Positions 58,411-64,000 of a stretch of DNA of 64,000 nucleotides are shown one piece after another. Position numbers and translations under genes: made by a program. The first letter of the stretch is position 1, and every line of letters begins with the position of its first letter. Source of the DNA: Eledone cirrhosa (Eukaryota); contig OZ024742.1 in the NCBI GenBank assembly GCA_964016885.1, positions 98,890,001-98,954,000 of the forward strand, read 5' to 3'. The notes under the pieces are model-generated. The model searched no databases and was not told the DNA's origin. It saw only the letters and a program-made list of their open reading frames with translations.

Positions 58411-59234
58411 TTAGGTTACGGATATAGTGGAGATAGTTATATAGGGATAATATTGATGGTTTTATTAGCATCGCCTTACTAAACCTTAGTCTGTTTTTGG
58501 ACATAGATAATTTTAATATATATTTCTTTATACTATAACACTTCATGTCTGTCAAACTAGCTGCATGTATATCGTTGATGTAGTATATCGATGTTTACGT
58601 AAGTCTATACTATTACGTATACAGTAATTTATACTGTAGCACAGGACTGCCTGTCATAATATATCGCTGTGTACATTTGTGTATATCCTAATACTGGTCT
58701 GATCGCGATTGTCTATCTCTATGTACTCTTCTCTATAACCTGACACTGGTCTGACCGCCGTGGTATATCTCGATATACATCCAGGGCCGACGCCAGATTA
58801 TCTGACACCCTAGGCAAGGAGAGATACTGCCTACCTCCCCGGAAAATATCAATTTCACAATTTATAAACAATAAACTTTTAAAAAATTAGAGCACAGACC
58901 AAGGCTAACTTAAAATAGAAATTATCCCTCTGTACTCAAATATCCGGACACCCGCTAAAAGAAACTGGCTTGATACTATTTTATTTGCATAATTAAGGGA
59001 AGACTAAACAAACATAAAGGCAGACATTAGTCAAGAACTAACATCATAATGGACAGTTGAGCAGACGGTCAATACTAATCAGGAGCGATGGAACTGGAAG
59101 GCACGGGTGGCTGAGGGTGGGGGCGTGCATGATCCCCACCACCACCACTACCTATGATTTTATTTTTCTCTCCAAACTACTAAAACACACATCTATTTGT
59201 ATATGGGCTACAATTTATGTACATGTTATATAGG

Positions 59235-59415
59235 GATTGTCAGTATCGGTAGAGTGTCGGTCGCCATGCTTTCCAGCATAGTTACGTCCCTTTACGATCT
59301 GAGTTCAAATCCCGCCGAGGTTGACTTTGCCTTTCATCCTCATGGGGTCGATAAAATAAAGTACCAGTAATGCACTGGCTAATTGCTGGCCTTGTGCCTA
59401 AAGTAGAACCAGTTA
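59235..59415 (+). mobile_element. OK-like SINE
   Basis: Same consensus as the 27180 and 57828 copies. Confidence 0.75.
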
Positions 59416-59498
59416 TATAGAGATGGATAGGAGAGATAGTTATAGATATAGAGAGAGGGAGAATTTGGTGGTAATTGATATATATTTCTATTTATTTG

Positions 59499-62492
59499 CC
59501 ACCAGGGCATCAAAGATTGGAACACATACAAAGGGGGGGAGTTTACATACATTTAAAAAGACGTGTAAAAAACATATAACAAATTAAATTTAACAATCGA
59601 TGTCCTCAATAGGGAGGGGCGTTGACATGGGTCGCACACACCCCCGAAAAAATGTGCAACGCTCCTCTTCAGGAGCACAAAGAGCGGGTGCTTCCTTCCT
59701 CTCCTCATTCTTCTCCTCTCTCACCTACAGGCTGATATAGAGAGAAGGCCCATTCACTCGGGCCATTCTCGCTACTTTCACCCATCTTTCATAAAACTTG
59801 CTGGGGTAGAGCACCCCTCTCTCCATTCTGATCCTTCTTCTAAAGTGGTACTTGAAAAAAAAGACCAGTTGTTGGCCGGAGAGATAGGTGTCTGACCTCA
59901 GCCCTTTCAACCTTGTCCACCATACAACTTCTTTCGCCATGGCTATCACACAGAGGAAAACCGCCTCTCCTTCGTTTTTGAAAGGAGGAGGCGGTTTGAT
60001 TGTGACAATGTTCTCGGTGGTCAACCGGATTGGTCCCACCCGCGACAGTAGTCGTTCTACATAGCCCCACAGGTCAGCAACGCCCGGGCAGTGTACGAAT
60101 GCGTGTGCGACGGTTTCCTCGTCACGCACGCATCTTGGACAGATCTTCTTCGAGGGGTCCCTACCCGGGCGCCCGTGTCTGTAGAGCTTGTCCCGAACGG
60201 GTAGAGCTCCTCGGTAACATTGCCAAGCCAGGGACTTTTGGAAGTTGTCAATCGGTCCCGGGCCAAACGTCCAACCGAACAGACTGGCCAGCTCGTCTTC
60301 CTCCATGCCCAGAGCCTGTCCGAGAGCGTCGTCGCACTTACTGCGCACCAACCCTCTATAGAATGTTGAGGTTGAGTCTCCACTGATTGCCGGATCCGCT
60401 TGCCAGAGGGCCGTGAGCGCCTGGGCACATTCAATGTGCCAGTCGCCCATTTTTCTCGGTCTTTGCTTGACCCAGGATTGCAGCTCGGTGAGTGAGACGA
60501 GTCTCGGAAAGGCTCGCCTCACAAACAGGGCCCACACCGGCTGACCGGTGAGGAATACCTGGAGGTGCCGTAGCCTTAATGCGTGTCTACGCATCGTCAG
60601 CCACGGCCCCCCAGCCCTCCGTTCGAAGGGTGTTGACAGCAGATGGATCTTCTCACCAAAGGAGCCCGCTTCTTCCAAAGAAATCGGAAGAGCGCGCGCT
60701 CCATTTTGGCGAGTGTTTTCTCTGGGCAAGGCACGACGGTCAAGCGGTAGTAGATGACGGACGCTATATAAGCGTTCGCCACCTCCGCTCGACCTTTCAG
60801 GGATAGTTTGCACTCGGCCCACTTCTGGGCGAGTGCAAACACCTTGCCCGTTATCTCGTCCCAGTTTTTCTCCACCTGGAGGTCCGGTCCGAACCAGACC
60901 CCGAGCAGCTTCACCGGTCTCTCCGTCCAGCGTCCGACGATGCCGTCGGAGGGCATCGTTTTGCCCCTCCACGTCCCGAGTTGCAAACCGACGGACTTGT
61001 CCCGGTTCAGCTTGGCTCCTGTGAACCTTTCATATTCCTCCAGTAAGGTGCCGATCTGCCCGATTTCCGAGGCGCACGACACCATTACTGTCACGTCATC
61101 GGCGTAGGCCGACACCGCTTTCCGCAATCCCGATTCCAAGGGGATGCCCTGCAACAGCTCCAGCTTCCTCAGTAGTGGCTCGAGAGCCAGCACATACAGG
61201 AGCGAGGAGAGAGGGCATCCCTGTCGAATGGATCGCGTGATTTGGAACGGCTCCGAGAGGTAGCCGTTCACCTTGACCCTCGAGCAGGTGTTGCTGCTGT
61301 GCATTGCAGCAATCCAGCCCCTGAAAACGGGTTCGAAGCCTGCCGCCGCGAGCACCGCATCCAGGTACCGATGGTCAACCCTATCGAACGCTTTAGATTG
61401 ATCCAAGTTGATCAGGGCCCCACCAAAGCCGGGTTCGTTCCCTACCCTCTCTACGATGTATCGCATGAGGTGGAGGTTGTCGTGTATGGACCTGGACGGG
61501 ATTGCGCATGTCTGCGCTTCTCCCACCAGGTTCCCGACGACAAGCGCCAACCTCTTCGCTAACACCTTGGCCAAAATCTTTAACTCTGTGTTTAGCAGAG
61601 TTATGGGCCTGAAGTTATCTATGTCATCCCCCTTGTTCTCGTCCTTCCTCACCAGCGTGACTACGCCCTTGGTCACAGAACTGGGAATTCTCCCGTTCTG
61701 TTGCCAGTTGCAGTAGACCGCCTCGAGGAGACCGGAGAACAAGCCCGGCATCGCTACATAAAGTTCGTATGGTAGACCATCGAGACCCGGAGATTTGCGT
61801 TTGCCGCATTGGCTCAGCGCTTTCCCTATTTCAGCGGCTGAAATCGGCCTCTCGCAGGACTTCGCCTCCCTGTCCGAGAGCCGCGCCAGACCGTCGAGGT
61901 ATGGACGAAATCCATGGCCCCACCCGGCCCGCCGCCCCTCCCGAACAGTCGTGCAAAGCGCCGTTGAAAGGCCGCGCTCATCCGCTCAGGTTCAAGGTTC
62001 ACGCGTCCATCCTGGTCCTTCAAAGACCGAATCGTGGACTTGTTTCCACTTTTTGCCTCTGTCACTCGGGCCCAGCTAACAGCTTTGGCTCCCTCGTTAC
62101 CCAGAGCACGTATTTTACTCCTGACAACGCAGCCCTCGTGCTTCGCATCAAAGAACTGGTCTAGGGCCGTTCTTGACGCCATCACGCCGGCCACTCCTAA
62201 TCGCCTCTTCTACTCTATTTGTTAATTCCCTTTCAGTTCTATTCCTATCTGATGCTAATTCCCGACTAAAACCTATCGATTCTATTCTAATTTCTCTCTT
62301 GAAAGAGCCCCACCACCTCCTGTTGACAATTGCCCCCGTCAAACGCTGCTTAACTAGTGTGCTAATCCGCTTACTGTAAGCTTTGTTTGTCGGTAAAGAC
62401 AAGTCTAGCTTCCAGTAACCGGGTCCCTGTCTATGAGTTCTATCAAGGTTGACCACTCCGGTCAATAACTTGTGATCCGAATAGTCAACCAT
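59499..62492 (-). mobile_element. 5'-truncated L1/Tx1-like LINE ORF2 (end of APE, RT, CCHC), frameshifted
   Basis: YSDHK...GPGYWKL, NFRPITLLN, KAFDRVDH, RQGCPLS, YADDV, CPRC..H..C. The 3' end caccagggcatcaaag is shared with 13365. Confidence 0.92.
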
Positions 62493-63059
62493 GAACAGTC
62501 AATGTATATCTCTATGTACAGCTGTCTATACGATATATTACGATTTTTGACGTGGAGTAGTCTATATTATAAAACTGGACTGCCATAATATATCTAGATA
62601 TACAGTGGTTTATGATATACCTTATGATTGCCTGTCGCACTGTATCTAGTATCGATATATAAAGGTGTTTGTACTATGCCTTATGACTACTATCGAGTAA
62701 CTGTAAATACTGTTATATATATATATTACAAGTCTACTATCAGTCTGAACGTGTCTTTACGTACAGTCTTCTATAATATAACTCTTTATATTCAATTCAC
62801 TATAATAGGACTCTCTAATTGTATGTATGCTTGGCTGTACTTCTGCTGACTATAAAATATGTATATGTCATTTGAACTTCTGTCACAAACTATCGTAACA
62901 ATATGTATACTTGTTTGAATCATAACCCTTGACTATCACCCTACCTGTATGTGTGTCTCTGACATATTGGAGCTATCTGTATAGTTAGTGGTGCTATTTA
63001 TGTATATGTGTGTGCGGGTAACAGCTCACACCTTTGCAGGTTTAGCTGGCCTCCTCCAG

Positions 63060-63265
63060 GGTATATCTCGTTGGAAGTCTCTTGGGTAATTTTAATGATA
63101 GGGATCCCAGTGTCTATCATTTCATTTCTACAGCTGAGTAAACTAGAGCAACGTGAAATAAAGTGTCTTGCTCAAGGAAACAACACATCACCCGGTCCGA
63201 GAATTGAACTCACAACCTTTCGATTGCAAGCCCAATGCTCTAACCACTAAGCCATGCACCTTCAC
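63060..63265 (-). mobile_element. tRNA-derived SINE (OR-like)
   Basis: Reverse complement reads gaaggtgcatggcttagtggttagagcattggg...gagttcaattctcggacc...ccttgagcaagacactttatttcac (A and B boxes plus a CORE-like segment). Confidence 0.75.
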
Positions 63266-63564
63266 ATTTATGTATATCTGTCATAGTGTATCGATATGTA
63301 TAATTATTTAAACAGTAACTCTTGACTGTTTGGTTATCTGTGTTTATGCATGGCTCTGTTATATTGTATTTATCTGTATAGTTATTTATCTATGACTTAT
63401 CTCTTGTTTATCATAGTGTAACTGGAGGTTTAGTTGTCAGTGTTCTTGTATCTATAATATCTCTATATCTTATCTGTCATCATGTCTATTTGTCTATTAT
63501 TGTTTGCATATATATATTATGTACGCACACACATACATGCACACACACGTACCGCCACTCTCCC

Positions 63565-63641
<77 letters not shown>

Positions 63642-64000
63642 TTCCTATCTCTCACTCTCTTTTCTTTATCAATACATCAAGTCTACACTCACTTCTACTA
63701 TCTGATAGCTAGCTGTATCTTATATATCTTTCTATCTATCTATCAGAAACAAAACGACACATCCGCCTACTCTGTCACTCTTACACTATTAATCCATCAC
63801 ATACCCTCTACCCCTCTCTCTTTCTCTGCTAAATTCTTTCATTCTCGCCCTTTTATGCACCACCACTCACCATATACACCCTCTATCTTAGAGAAAGTAA
63901 TTTTGTAGCCGCCATAAATATTTTACTGGGTGAGATAAACACACTTTACGCACAAAGAATATCACACGCAATTCCAGGCACTCACATATACACACACAGT

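Overview
AT-rich eukaryotic DNA, rich in microsatellites and transposons. The SINE and LINE repertoire suggests a cephalopod (Octopus-like) genome, which is an inference. I found no convincing host protein-coding gene, and most listed ORFs are translations of simple repeats. The window holds decayed non-LTR retrotransposons (R4/Dong-like RLE elements, three L1/Tx1-like pieces, CR1- and RTE-like fragments), a Helitron fragment, many tRNA-derived SINEs and at least three Penelope-like element (PLE) coding remnants. It also holds many short non-autonomous elements inside (TA)n tracts that form fold-back palindromes and carry minimal hammerhead ribozyme (HHR) motifs. The main observation is a ~5.5 kb tandem array (17498-22974; 7 units of 694-763 bp plus a partial unit and a 5' inverted copy). 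Its unit junctions carry a complete hammerhead core whose three strands occur in reversed order (NUH strand, then GAAA strand, then CUGAUGA strand), which is not a type I, II or III permutation. The fold is braced by a kink-turn helix. A diverged relative at 33.2-33.8 kb shows compensatory base changes in stems I and III, and the forward array begins within about 3 nt of the predicted cleavage site. This is a candidate new-topology hammerhead in a retrozyme-like element. All structures were derived by eye and are untested.
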